A DNA stretch of 61,789 nt, the filler included, from Sanchytrium tribonematis (Eukaryota), in NCBI GenBank assembly GCA_018985235.1. It is 9 parts of 9 records of this genome, joined end to end, with 100 filler letters (N's around TTAATTAATTAA, not from the genome) between each part and the next. Parts side by side here need not be neighbours in the genome. Positions count along the whole stretch, not along the records: positions 41,451 to 48,171 come from JADGIG010000498.1; positions 48,272 to 54,986 come from JADGIG010000499.1; positions 55,087 to 61,789 come from JADGIG010000500.1; 6 more parts are not named here. One strand, written 5' to 3'. Of this stretch, positions 44,996 through 55,149 are shown one piece after another. The notes under the pieces are model-generated. The model saw only the letters and a list, made by a program, of their open reading frames with translations. It was not told the origin of the DNA and made no database searches. The translations under genes and the position numbers were made by a program. Position 1 is the first letter of the stretch; each line of letters begins with the position of its first letter.

Positions 44996-45017
44996 AATAA
45001 ATTTTGAAACTTAATTA

Positions 45018-46529
45018 ATGTCTTTTCGCGGCCGGTTTATTAACACAAAGAGCGCTCACTTTCATAATTCACCCATAATGTCGCTTAAATTTTGCTCATC
45101 TCATCAGTTGATATTGATGGGTGATGAAAAAGGCACAATGCACGTTTATAAGGATGATCTTGAGCATATTACTTCACATTTACTGCATCATCAATCAATT
45201 TATTCTATTGATTGTAGTGAACAATACTTTGTGACCGTTTCTAGCGATGGTCAAGCAATTATGTCAAATTACGAGAATTATGATCCAATAGGCTTGTTGG
45301 GGGACTCATCACAATGCTTAAAATCTGTAAATATATCACCATGGGACAGCAACAGGATACTGATATGTGGTAAAGAAGGTAAGATATCGCTTTATGACAT
45401 AAGAGTAAATCCGTCAATTAGTTTTGGAGTTGACCACTTTAAGCCAATCAAAACTTTACAAAATGGAAATGTTTCGGGTATTAAATATTGCGTAGGTAAA
45501 GGTCTGTGGCAAACAGACAATCATATTTCTTCGTACGGTGTCAGCGACAAAACAGTTAAACTATGGGATTTGAGGAATTCAAAGGGTTGTGTCGCTGAAA
45601 ATATATTGGAGAGTCAAGTTCTGGACATATGCAAGGCTGAATCTTCCATAATTACACTCACAGAGAAAGGAGTTATTTTAGATTTAAATAACTGGGATTT
45701 AAGCATTGCTGATAGATGGCAGACAAATCTTTCTACGTCTCAATATTCTAGATTAGCCTATCAAGAATCTACTTCCACACTAGCAATTGGAACAACACCT
45801 GGGGAGCTTGCGTATCTTTGTTTTAGCCCGATTTCGTACAAGAATATTTTCAAGCGGAGTTTAATGCTCGATTACAAAATGGGCACTGACACAATCAGAT
45901 CGGATTATAGAAAAGCACCTTTATTGTTCAAAACGGAATCGGGTTTTAAAGAAATTAATGCTGTGGAATTTATGGATTCGCCCTACACTGTTTTGACTGG
46001 AGACGATCTTGGTAACGTGAGAATTTGGGAAACAGAAAGACCAGGTAATGACATATCTACAGCATCGCTTCCAATTGGTGCGGATGTAGGTCAAATTGAG
46101 TCTAAAGGTATTGGAACTAGATTTTGCGACCAAATACCTGCAAAAAAATACGCCATTGAATCAGTCCATGCGTTCAGGGATATCGATCAAAATAGATTTG
46201 AAGATCCTTTATTTATTCGATCAGATTTTAAGAAATTATCAGTTGCACCAACTAAAGCAGCTACTCTCTTGACTCCAATGAAAAAACGAAGGCGTACAAT
46301 GGACAAGGAATTGTTTGATGATAAATTTATCGACGATCCCAACTTATCTAACCTTAACACAATCGAGAATGCTTCCCCTCTTTATCAGTCAACCATTAAT
46401 TTTTGGCAATCATCAAATAATATTGCAAATGAAAACACAGAACCATCAAATTTAAAGCGAAGAAGAAAGAAATCCAAAATCAAGATTGCTCCTCTTATAG
46501 TTCATGACTTTTTCAGAACCCGACATTAA
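45018..46529 (+). CDS. WD40 protein CDT2/DTL-like (CRL4 substrate receptor)
   Basis: GDEKG, CLKSVNI...GKEGKISLYDIR, DKTVKLWDLR; basic disordered tail with PIP-box-like QSTINFW and IVHDFF. Confidence 0.7.
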   Translation: MSFRGRFINTKSAHFHNSPIMSLKFCSSHQLILMGDEKGTMHVYKDDLEHITSHLLHHQSIYSIDCSEQYFVTVSSDGQAIMSNYENYDPIGLLGDSSQCLKSVNISPWDSNRILICGKEGKISLYDIRVNPSISFGVDHFKPIKTLQNGNVSGIKYCVGKGLWQTDNHISSYGVSDKTVKLWDLRNSKGCVAENILESQVLDICKAESSIITLTEKGVILDLNNWDLSIADRWQTNLSTSQYSRLAYQESTSTLAIGTTPGELAYLCFSPISYKNIFKRSLMLDYKMGTDTIRSDYRKAPLLFKTESGFKEINAVEFMDSPYTVLTGDDLGNVRIWETERPGNDISTASLPIGADVGQIESKGIGTRFCDQIPAKKYAIESVHAFRDIDQNRFEDPLFIRSDFKKLSVAPTKAATLLTPMKKRRRTMDKELFDDKFIDDPNLSNLNTIENASPLYQSTINFWQSSNNIANENTEPSNLKRRRKKSKIKIAPLIVHDFFRTRH

Positions 46530-46545
46530 TAATCGAATGTGATCA

Positions 46546-47130
46546 TTAACAATTTGTATTAATAAAGTTCTTAAATTTGGTTTTTGATTCTTTGTCTAAA
46601 GGCACGCCATGGCCACCTTTGTGGAGATATATCTCAATGTCTGTGTAAGCCTTTAACATGTAATCTTGCGAAATTGTTGCTGGACAAATTTCATCATTAC
46701 TTCCACAAATGTGCAAACATTTTGTATTTATCTTTTCTGTAAACCAGTCAGAAGATATTGCTGATACTGTCTTTGAAGCAGAAAAGCAGAGCGCAAATTT
46801 AAATTTAAAATCGTATTTCTTTTGAAATAATGTAATGACAGTAGATCCTTGTGAGAACCCAATTGCGCCATCAAATGGACCATTTTTAGTTATGAAATCT
46901 TGAATATAGGACAAAGAAACATCTATATTCTTAAATAGCTCTTCAGGGCTTAATTTAGGATTCCAAAATGCAAAACCATTTTGAGTCGGATCACAATCGC
47001 TTGCTTTGAAAGGGCCATCAATAAATACGAAAATAGTTGACTTACCACAAGCTCTTCTTAAGGCTCCAATCTGTTTCCTAAAAATTTCGCTATCTTGAGA
47101 GTAGCCATGCAAACATAAAATTTTTGTCAT
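46546..47130 (-). CDS. FSH1/OVCA2-family serine hydrolase
   Basis: ILCLHGYSQ, GPFDGAIGFSQG, HKGGHGVP. Confidence 0.93.
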   Translation of the reverse strand: MTKILCLHGYSQDSEIFRKQIGALRRACGKSTIFVFIDGPFKASDCDPTQNGFAFWNPKLSPEELFKNIDVSLSYIQDFITKNGPFDGAIGFSQGSTVITLFQKKYDFKFKFALCFSASKTVSAISSDWFTEKINTKCLHICGSNDEICPATISQDYMLKAYTDIEIYLHKGGHGVPLDKESKTKFKNFINTNC

Positions 47131-47150
47131 CCCCTGAAATTTGTGTAGGA

Positions 47151-47969
47151 ATGATTTATTACAATCAGCAGCGAGTCACTCAATACCAGCAACTAATCAG
47201 CAAGAAATTTGAAGAGCCAATAAAAGATTACAAGGACAGATATCAGATCGAATTGGATGTAAAAAGATCATTTGGACAACTTAGAAAGAAGCCCTTATCA
47301 GAACTACAGCAGATTTTAGATTACGTTTTCTATCATTCGCAAAAGAATTATGTTCAAGGTTTTCATGACGTTTGTGCTACGCTATTAATGATAAGTGAAA
47401 ATGCAAAATACATCGCATACACCTTAGCCATAAATCAATTTTCAGAATTCCTTAAAGAAGATGGAGTAATGAAAGCTGAGCAAATGTGTCAAGAATCTTT
47501 CAATCTCATTAGAATTCACGATAAACCTCTTTATGCGCAAATCAAGGAAATACCTCCATCCTTCTTTATATCTTGGATTTTAACTGCATTTCAACATGAC
47601 ATCACAAATTTAGAGTCAAAACTTTTGATCTTAGATCTAGTCGCCTTAGAATCCATTGATTATTTAGTTTATTTCACAAGTGCCGTGATTATTGATTCAA
47701 GACATAAAATAATTAGTTTTGGCGGCGAGCAAGAGATTTTAAAGGAGCTCTCTGCTTTGAGGCACTTAGGAGAGGTAAATTTTAAGCACTGTTTAAAGCT
47801 GTGCGAAATTTCAAAAAATCTTAAATCTAAATATCCTTATGAAAAGTTGCGAAAGTATAACGAAAAAGATTTAAAAAAACTTGAAAAGTCTCAATTACCA
47901 TACTACATTCTCGGGATTTTAATTCTCATAGTTTCTATACTAATGATGTCATTTAATTTTTTAGAATAA
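47151..47969 (+). CDS. Rab GAP, TBC1D20/GYP8-like, with C-terminal TM
   Basis: QIELDVKRSF, YVQGFHDV, FFISWILTAFQHDI, C-terminal TM. First ATG 47151. Confidence 0.88.
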   Translation: MIYYNQQRVTQYQQLISKKFEEPIKDYKDRYQIELDVKRSFGQLRKKPLSELQQILDYVFYHSQKNYVQGFHDVCATLLMISENAKYIAYTLAINQFSEFLKEDGVMKAEQMCQESFNLIRIHDKPLYAQIKEIPPSFFISWILTAFQHDITNLESKLLILDLVALESIDYLVYFTSAVIIDSRHKIISFGGEQEILKELSALRHLGEVNFKHCLKLCEISKNLKSKYPYEKLRKYNEKDLKKLEKSQLPYYILGILILIVSILMMSFNFLE

Positions 47970-47989
47970 ATACTCCGGGTTTTACTGTC

Positions 47990-48171
47990 ATGGAGCAAAT
48001 TCTTAGATCTTTTCAAACTGCACTGGTACCATTAATAGTCGTATCGGTTTACTCAATTTATTATTTTGTAAATAATTATTACTCAAGAAAAAGAATCGAG
48101 GGCATTTATAGAAGTATATATGGCCAGCTGAGTGAAAATTTTGATACTGTTTCCATGTGGCAAGAGAATGG
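47990..48171 (+). CDS. Membrane protein N-terminus (possibly CCDC47-like), 3' partial
   Basis: TM followed by N...I....L.ENF; cut by the spacer. Confidence 0.4.
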
Positions 48172-48271
48172 NNNNNNNNNNNNNNNNNNNNNNNNNNNNN
48201 NNNNNNNNNNNNNNNTTAATTAATTAANNNNNNNNNNNNNNNNNNNNNNNNNNNNNNNNNNNNNNNNNNNN
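48172..48271. other. Artificial contig spacer
   Basis: N44-TTAATTAATTAA-N44. Confidence 0.98.
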
Positions 48272-48272
48272 T

Positions 48273-48437
48273 TTTATTTTTGGATACGAGGTGGAATCTA
48301 CTAAAACGGAATACTTTTTTCGATTAGATGTCAACACGCCTGTAGAAACTATCATGGAAAGCAAAATAATTACTTTTCCAAAAATATTTTTCGTACATAT
48401 AAATGTAGATGATTTTAATGTAGAGACTTTATGTTGA
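48273..48437 (+). CDS. C-terminal gene fragment (5' partial)
   Basis: Hand translation FIFGYEVESTKTEYFFRLDVNTPVETIMESKIITFPKIFFVHINVDDFNVETLC*. Confidence 0.4.
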   Translation, partial: FIFGYEVESTKTEYFFRLDVNTPVETIMESKIITFPKIFFVHINVDDFNVETLC

Positions 48438-48597
48438 AGGAAACAGGGTTCAAAAAAGTGAAAAATTTATTCAAATTCCTCCCATTTTAAAGTTTTTAGA
48501 ATTCCGAGATGACTATCATCTGAAAGGTGTATTTTGTCATTCAGGCTCGGCAGATTCTGGGCATTATTGGTTTGAAGTTTTCTCAAATAATCATTGG

Positions 48598-48981
48598 CTA
48601 AAATGCAATGATTCTGATGGCTTCCTCCAATCCCAGATTCACAGCATAAGGTCCTTCGCGAACTAATTTGGCATCATCATATAAAGCATCATTAGGACTA
48701 AGCTCACAAGAGATATTGTTGTGAGCTGCTCGGATATGCCTACTTAAGTTGTATCGATGTTTGTATTGCAACCCACATGCTCTGCATTCATAGTTTTTAA
48801 CCGAAAAGTGGCTTTTTAGATGTGTCTTAAGCCTATAACGGTTAGTTGTAACGTAATTACACCCCAGCCAGTTGCAACTGGGCTTCTTATCTTTCTGATT
48901 CGTATGGGCTCTTATGGCGTGCAGAAATAGGTCTTCTTCTGAAAGGGATTCGTAGCAACAATTTTGCCACTGACAGTGCAT
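48598..48981 (-). CDS. Three-finger C2H2 zinc-finger transcription factor (PacC/GLI-type tandem CWCH2)
   Basis: CQWQNC..H..H, CNWLGC..H..H, CRAC..H..H. Confidence 0.85.
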   Translation of the reverse strand: MHCQWQNCCYESLSEEDLFLHAIRAHTNQKDKKPSCNWLGCNYVTTNRYRLKTHLKSHFSVKNYECRACGLQYKHRYNLSRHIRAAHNNISCELSPNDALYDDAKLVREGPYAVNLGLEEAIRIIAF

Positions 48982-49183
48982 TCAACAATATTGCAACTGT
49001 AAAGTCGTTATAAGCACAAATATGGTGAGATATTCGTAAACTATGGCCATTGAACAATTCAACGTGACACAAATATGACGAAATTTGTCGCCGAATGACA
49101 GATTGTTACGCGAATCCTCGATCAAATAATTACAAACCCCTGAAAATATTACACAATCCAACTTCAAAAATTTAATCATTTAT

Positions 49184-51977
49184 TCAACCGGTATTTCCCA
49201 TTCCGCTGGCAATTCCTTGAATTGTAATAATCATGGCATCGTTTGTAACGTTGTCAATAATGGATTCACCGCGTAGCTTTTTAAGTAAACCAACCTGCAT
49301 CGCATTCAATGGATCGACAAAACCTAGTCTAGAATCTATCATTCTCTTTGTGACCAATTCCTTTTCAAGCAGAACCTTTTGATCGGCAACTTTTAAAATC
49401 AATTCTTCGCAATTTCTTAATTCCTTTCTAAATCGTACCCCATACTCCAAATGGCCAGGCGCCAATGTATCGTAAAGTTCAGAAATTGGTAGTGATGCCT
49501 TGGCCAGGACCATTTGAACTAAGTCTATTGTTGTTCTAAAAAACGGCCAATGCTGATGCATTTCTCGTAACAAATTGAAATTCCCTGAGTCGATTTCAGT
49601 CTGTATGGAAGGGGCGATACCAAGCCAAACAGGTAATTGTAATCGAGATTGGGTAAAACTGAAAACCCAAGGAATTGCTCTTAATGATTCAATTGTAAAT
49701 GCTTTCTTTCTCTTTGAGGGTCGAGAGCCAATATTCAAGTTGGCAATCTCATGAAAAGGAGTTGCTCCTTGTAAATAATTGACAAATTCAGCATCCTTGT
49801 GCACAATGTTGCGAAAATGGGAGCAAGAAATTTCACTCATACGATCCATAGCTTCTGTCCATTCTTTTTTCACTGGAGTAGATTTTCTCAAAGAGTGAAG
49901 TAGGACTGCCGAGGCGTATCGTTCTAGAGATTGTTCTGCTGTTGGAATGGTTCCAAAATGATTGTCGATAATCTCTCCTTGAATTGTAACTCTAATATTT
50001 CCCCTCACAGAACCAGGAGGCTGAGACAAAATAGCTGAATGCTGACTAAGTTAGCAATAAATACGAGCCACCACCTCGAGCAACACTTCCACCTCTTCCA
50101 TGGAACATATTAACTTTGATGCCATATTTATCGCCAGTCTCAACGAGCCTAACTTGACATTTGTATAATTCCCATCCAGAAGTTAATTTTCCAGCATCTT
50201 TTGCACTATCAGAGTATCCCAACATGACTTCAATATGATTTCCATCATATAGCACATATTTTTGAATATCTTTTGGCAATTGCAATATTTCGTTAACAGT
50301 TCTGTCCGAATTTTCCAAGTCTCTGCGTGTTTCGAACAAAGGAACTGTTCGCAATGTTAATTTCACATTACAGGCTTTTTGCAACAAGGCCACTTCTAAC
50401 ACATCGGATGCACTGGTGGCCATGCTAATGACATACGCCCCAAAACACTCCGATTGAGATTCGGCAGCAATCATTTTGAAGGTTGCTATGACTTCTTTAG
50501 CTTCTTCCGAGACTGAATTGTCATCTTGTGGCCAGCTATCAGGAAACAATGGTCTTCTTGAGACTAGGTTTGAGGCAAGCCATTTAACCTTTTCAGATTC
50601 AGTCCATTCATTATAATATTTCCCATTGATGTTTTCATCCAAATATCTGGTGACAAAATCTATTGCATCCGAATGTCTTGTGCTCTCTTGTCTGATGTCT
50701 AATTTGACTAAAGAAATTCCAAATGCAGCCAACCGACGCAATGTATTCCGTAATCGACCATTCGCAATTATATGGTGACCACATTCTACTAGGGAATTGT
50801 AGATTGCCTTTAAGGGCTCAAAAATTTCTTCAGCTTTAGTAATGATAAATTTTGGGGGAATTGGGGCTGGCTCATTAACCTTTGAATGCTCGTCATATAT
50901 ATTATTTATATTGCTCCTCTCCATAACGCAGTCAGCATAAAATAGCTCAGTTTGTTTTAATCTCTCTCGTAGGTCTGACAATAAAATTCGGTATGGCTCA
51001 TCGTTCGGAATTACACCTTTTGGAAATACTAAATGTAAACTTTTTCCAGAAGATATGTGATCTATGGTGGAAAGGTTGTCTAGTCTTTTTTTAAAGGACG
51101 AACTGCATTCCGTCAAAGAGATTTCAAAAAGCAATCGATCAATCTCCTCGTAGTAAAGATGCGCAGCTCTCCACTTTGAAATAAATAAAACTCGCTTTGT
51201 CACTTCAGCTGTAGCAAAAGGATTACCATCTCGGTCTCCCGCTGTCCATGACCCAAATTCAAATAAGCTTTTAGTCTCTGGAAGCGCTGGAAGTCCATTT
51301 TGAATTAAAACGTCGTCTAATTCTTTCATATGATCTGGTAAAGCATTCCAAAGAACACTTTCTACGACATTTAGACCGTATCGAGCCTCATCTTCAACGG
51401 AAGGCTTGTTTCTGCGAACTGTGTTGCTTCCCCATGCTGAAATCACTTCTCTTTCTATGTCTTCATTCAAAGCTCTCTTTTCAAATGGTGTTAAGATGTT
51501 GGTATCCCTTTTTAGTAACAATTTAGCAATCTCGGAATATTTGTCAAGCATAGTGCGTCGGGAAGCTTGGGTCGGATGACTAGTGATGGTCAATGAGACC
51601 TTTTGATTTAAAAGCATTTGATAAATATCATTTTTTCCAATTCCCTCGAAAATCAGAGCATCAATGGCATCTTTCATAGTATGCTTGAATACAATATCAT
51701 TTTTACCTCTCTTGTACCCTCTCCATCTGCAAATTCGCAAATGCCTTTCTGCCACTTCTGCCAAAACTAAATACTCGTGAAATAGCCGAGCACCTTTTAC
51801 AACTTCTTCGATTGGCAAGTCTCTTACGATTTTTAGAGTATCTTCGAATTTAGCCTCATTTTTGCTGCTCAGACTAATCAAGTCTTGAAATTCTGATGGC
51901 GCTAATTTTACAAGAATTCCTGCAAATCGCTCAATCTCATGCTGAAGAGGCTTGATGAAATCTATCGAGTCTTCCAT
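49184..51977 (-). CDS. ppc: Phosphoenolpyruvate carboxylase (PEPC); exons 51977-50065 and 50045-49184, 924 aa
   Basis: ITSHPTQ, GSWTAGDRDGNP, VMLGYSDSAKDAG, FHGRGGSVARGGG, LRAIPWVF, C-terminal GIASGMGNTG. Confidence 0.97.
50046..50064 (-). other. 19-nt intron in PEPC (gtatttattgctaacttag)
   Basis: GT-AG with GCTAAC branch site; restores ARGGGS-QHSAILSQPPGS (canonical GRGGGP.H.AILSQPP). Confidence 0.93.
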
Positions 51978-52022
51978 TTAAAAGGGGAAAGAAAATGTGC
52001 AGCTTTATCAAATTTATCGCTT

Positions 52023-53396
52023 TTATTTTTTATCAAACAATAGATTGTCAAAAGCGAAACTCAGCCTTTCAATCAGATCTTCCTCGCACCCAACTGAAAT
52101 GCGAAGAAGATGTTTTGCGACTCCATATTGTCTGGCCCAGTCGAGTTCGTTGAAGTGTGCCAAAATTGTGTATGGACATATCAAAGTTGTCCAATTTCCT
52201 AATGATGGCCCTTTGTTAATGTTGAGGCTATCAAAAAATAATTCCGCTTGAGTCTCTTTACAAAATTCTATTGAAAAAAGATGACAAGATCCTTTGCAAT
52301 ATTTTTTCCACATATTCGCTGAGTAAGTGTCTATCTCAGGGTGGAAGACTCTTTTGAGAATGCTCGAATGCGCCACTAATTTACCTTTAAGCCAGGATAA
52401 TAGCTTGGTTGAATTATTTTGCATTTTTAAGAGTCTTTCTTCGTAATCATTTGAATTCAAATCTAAAACTTCCAAATCTTTCTGATAGATCCAACTAGCG
52501 CTATCATAAAGATTTTGCATTTTGTATAGAATATTATTGCTTTTCGGATTTACAATTACCGAGCCTGCACAAACGTTACCGTATCCTGAGAATGATTTTG
52601 TGAGAGATGTCACCAAAACATCACAGTATGTAAGCAGTGATGCATTGTAAAAAGTTGTTATAGTATCGTCAATGACAACAGTTGCTTTTTTAGAAGTTGC
52701 AAATTGGTATATTATTTCCAAGTCAGAGACAGATAGAAGAGGGTTGCTAGGGAATTCTAAAAAAATACACCCGACCTTTTCAATTTTTAGTAAATCTTCA
52801 AGTTTCTCTACAAATTGGCCTTTTCCATATTTCTCTATTATTTTCAGTGTATCTATGTATGGAAACCCGAACATCACATATGGGCCTTGCATAATTAGAA
52901 ATGTGGTGAAAATTGCTGTCATACCGGATGAAAATAAAAATATATGATTTTGAGGTACTGCGTTGTACAATTGCATTTTCTTTACGATATTGTTGTACGT
53001 GCTCCTCTTATAAGTCTCAGTTTGATTGTTTAAGATATCATTTGCGTATCTGCTGCTAATCCCTAGTCCGGTATGTTGCCAAAAATTTCTTATTTTACAT
53101 GCATCTGTGTTTTTAACTATATACAATTGTGTATTGTTGATTGCAAACCCTTCAGCTTGGCCACCGCAGTATTTGGCACACAAATCGGAAAAAAATTTGT
53201 TAGGAAATACTACATTTCCATCATTAAGTTGTTTGACCAGCGGATGCATTAGGAATCTTGGATATCCAATTCTCAAATCTAACTTTCCTTCTTCGTAATC
53301 TATATTGTCTTTCCAAGTTGGAAGGCAAACAGATACGGCGTGCTCATCATCTGGAATTGGGTGGCCAAATCTACATTCAATTTGAATGGGTCTCAT
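52023..53396 (-). CDS. Cystathionine gamma-synthase (fungal STR2-type, PLP-dependent)
   Basis: HAVSVCLPTW, GYPRF, FWQHTGLGISSRYA, EFPSNPLL, SLTKSFSG, KGPSLG. Confidence 0.92.
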   Translation of the reverse strand: MRPIQIECRFGHPIPDDEHAVSVCLPTWKDNIDYEEGKLDLRIGYPRFLMHPLVKQLNDGNVVFPNKFFSDLCAKYCGGQAEGFAINNTQLYIVKNTDACKIRNFWQHTGLGISSRYANDILNNQTETYKRSTYNNIVKKMQLYNAVPQNHIFLFSSGMTAIFTTFLIMQGPYVMFGFPYIDTLKIIEKYGKGQFVEKLEDLLKIEKVGCIFLEFPSNPLLSVSDLEIIYQFATSKKATVVIDDTITTFYNASLLTYCDVLVTSLTKSFSGYGNVCAGSVIVNPKSNNILYKMQNLYDSASWIYQKDLEVLDLNSNDYEERLLKMQNNSTKLLSWLKGKLVAHSSILKRVFHPEIDTYSANMWKKYCKGSCHLFSIEFCKETQAELFFDSLNINKGPSLGNWTTLICPYTILAHFNELDWARQYGVAKHLLRISVGCEEDLIERLSFAFDNLLFDKK

Positions 53397-53475
53397 TTGA
53401 TACGAAGTTTTTGTTTGACGTTTTCCCTCATAAGCAAATTAATTTTATTAATTGAGAAAAATTTCAGGACATCAA

Positions 53476-54984
53476 TTACAAATACAAACTGGCTGCAAAT
53501 ACAATATCTCTTCTAATCCTGACCTGACATGCTTCCATTTTTTCCTTTAATTGCACATGTCCCATCAAAACACTAGCGCCCTTGAGCTCTCTACAAGCCT
53601 CGTCTAACCTGGTGATACATCTGACAATTGAACCTTCGTGTATTTCAGTGAGATCCATTATTTTTTCGAATGAAAGTCCATTTCCCCACTCATAAACAAC
53701 TTCCATTAAACCAGATCTAAGAACATCCTGAACATAAGTTTCTGTTGGTATATCAATTCCTAGTTGGTGCTGTACTTCGGCTATTTCTGTTGCTCTATTT
53801 TTAAAGTTATCATAGTACCCTTGTAATCTAGAATTAATTCTTACGTCGTCATTTCCTTTTTCTTGGCAAATAAGGACACTAAGAATACTCAGAATTTCTA
53901 ATTCATCCAAAGTATCGAAAAAATTATCAAATAATAGCTCTGTAACAAGCAAACTGTCCATGGTATTTATCTCTGTCATCACTCTACCTTTAAGCAAGAC
54001 AACATTTTCGTCGCTTATCATTTTGAATTGCTTTAAAACCTTCAGCCTATTCTCATATTCTTTTAAGTGAAATAACGCATCGGAACTTATTATCTCTTCC
54101 AAGCGTTCAATTTCCTGCTGTAATGTACAATAGTCATGGTAAGCCTTAAAATCGTCCAAAAAGTTTGGTCCCTCTACACATTTGAAGGCTTTAAGTTGAG
54201 GCTTTAATTTGGCCAGTTCATCTTCAATGGATCTATAATCTAACGAATTAATTTTTGGTTCCAACTTTTCAATCACATTAGATTTTACAAATTGTTTCAG
54301 TTTCCCAAATACCCACTTTGGAGAAATATCTTTCACGTAAAATTTTGAATTGTAGACTGCAACAATCTCTGTAACTTCGCAACTTTTCATTTCGACCTTG
54401 AGGTTTTTAAAACTTTTTACCGATTTTAAATTTATAAATCTATTAAAAATGTCATGTGGATTTACATCCTGGTTCAATACACCAACACTATACTTATAAT
54501 CTTGATATTGCAAGATGATGCCTAGTCCATATTTTGTCAGTACAACTTTACCAATTTGAAATATACCAATTTTCGCATTGTAACGAATTTGCATGAGTTT
54601 AGATTCATTCTCATATACTTTTAACAACATCGAATAATACTGAGCCAAATCTTTTGTATAAATTGTATCACTTAAAGTAATGGATGATAGCATTTCCACT
54701 TTTTCAGCCATTTCCTCTTTCAGCCGAGGCAATTCTAGAAGTACGTCTTGCTGGCAAAAACTGCGTCTCATCATATCTGTAACGTGAACATGGTTCACCT
54801 TTAAAAGATTTGCTATCATGTTGTACGTTAAATGAAATCGTGATTCCAATTTATCCGTTTTTGACAATATCATGGAATGCAGCCAAGGAACATTAGGCAT
54901 GTAGTCCACACAGCACAAGATAACAATCCCTACTGTATCTTTGTTTCTTCTTCCCGACCGGCCAGACATTTGTACAAATTCACT
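53476..54984 (-). CDS. SKI2: SKI2-like RNA helicase, C-terminal part (5' partial)
   Basis: EFVQMSGRSGRR (motif VI), LKGRV, EGSIVRCITRLDE, RRDIVFAASLYL (DSHCT). Confidence 0.92.
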   Translation of the reverse strand, partial: SEFVQMSGRSGRRNKDTVGIVILCCVDYMPNVPWLHSMILSKTDKLESRFHLTYNMIANLLKVNHVHVTDMMRRSFCQQDVLLELPRLKEEMAEKVEMLSSITLSDTIYTKDLAQYYSMLLKVYENESKLMQIRYNAKIGIFQIGKVVLTKYGLGIILQYQDYKYSVGVLNQDVNPHDIFNRFINLKSVKSFKNLKVEMKSCEVTEIVAVYNSKFYVKDISPKWVFGKLKQFVKSNVIEKLEPKINSLDYRSIEDELAKLKPQLKAFKCVEGPNFLDDFKAYHDYCTLQQEIERLEEIISSDALFHLKEYENRLKVLKQFKMISDENVVLLKGRVMTEINTMDSLLVTELLFDNFFDTLDELEILSILSVLICQEKGNDDVRINSRLQGYYDNFKNRATEIAEVQHQLGIDIPTETYVQDVLRSGLMEVVYEWGNGLSFEKIMDLTEIHEGSIVRCITRLDEACRELKGASVLMGHVQLKEKMEACQVRIRRDIVFAASLYL

Positions 54985-54986
54985 TG

Positions 54987-55086
54987 NNNNNNNNNNNNNN
55001 NNNNNNNNNNNNNNNNNNNNNNNNNNNNNNTTAATTAATTAANNNNNNNNNNNNNNNNNNNNNNNNNNNNNNNNNNNNNNNNNNNN
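54987..55086. other. Artificial contig spacer
   Basis: N44-TTAATTAATTAA-N44. Confidence 0.98.
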
Positions 55087-55149
55087 TGCTTTAATTTATT
55101 TAACTCTTGCTGGACGTAATAATCGTACAAATGCATGGAGTTTCAAAAA

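Noticed and set aside
2700..50064. Split genes explained by sequencing frameshifts, programmed frameshifting or a reassigned stop codon (e.g. TAA/TAG=Gln)
   Set aside because: Each break has an identical-length GT-AG segment with a shared branch motif whose removal restores motif spacing. TAA and TGA end conserved proteins at their expected C-termini (RPL12, PEPC, SKI2, DIM1), and long conserved ORFs have no in-frame TAG.
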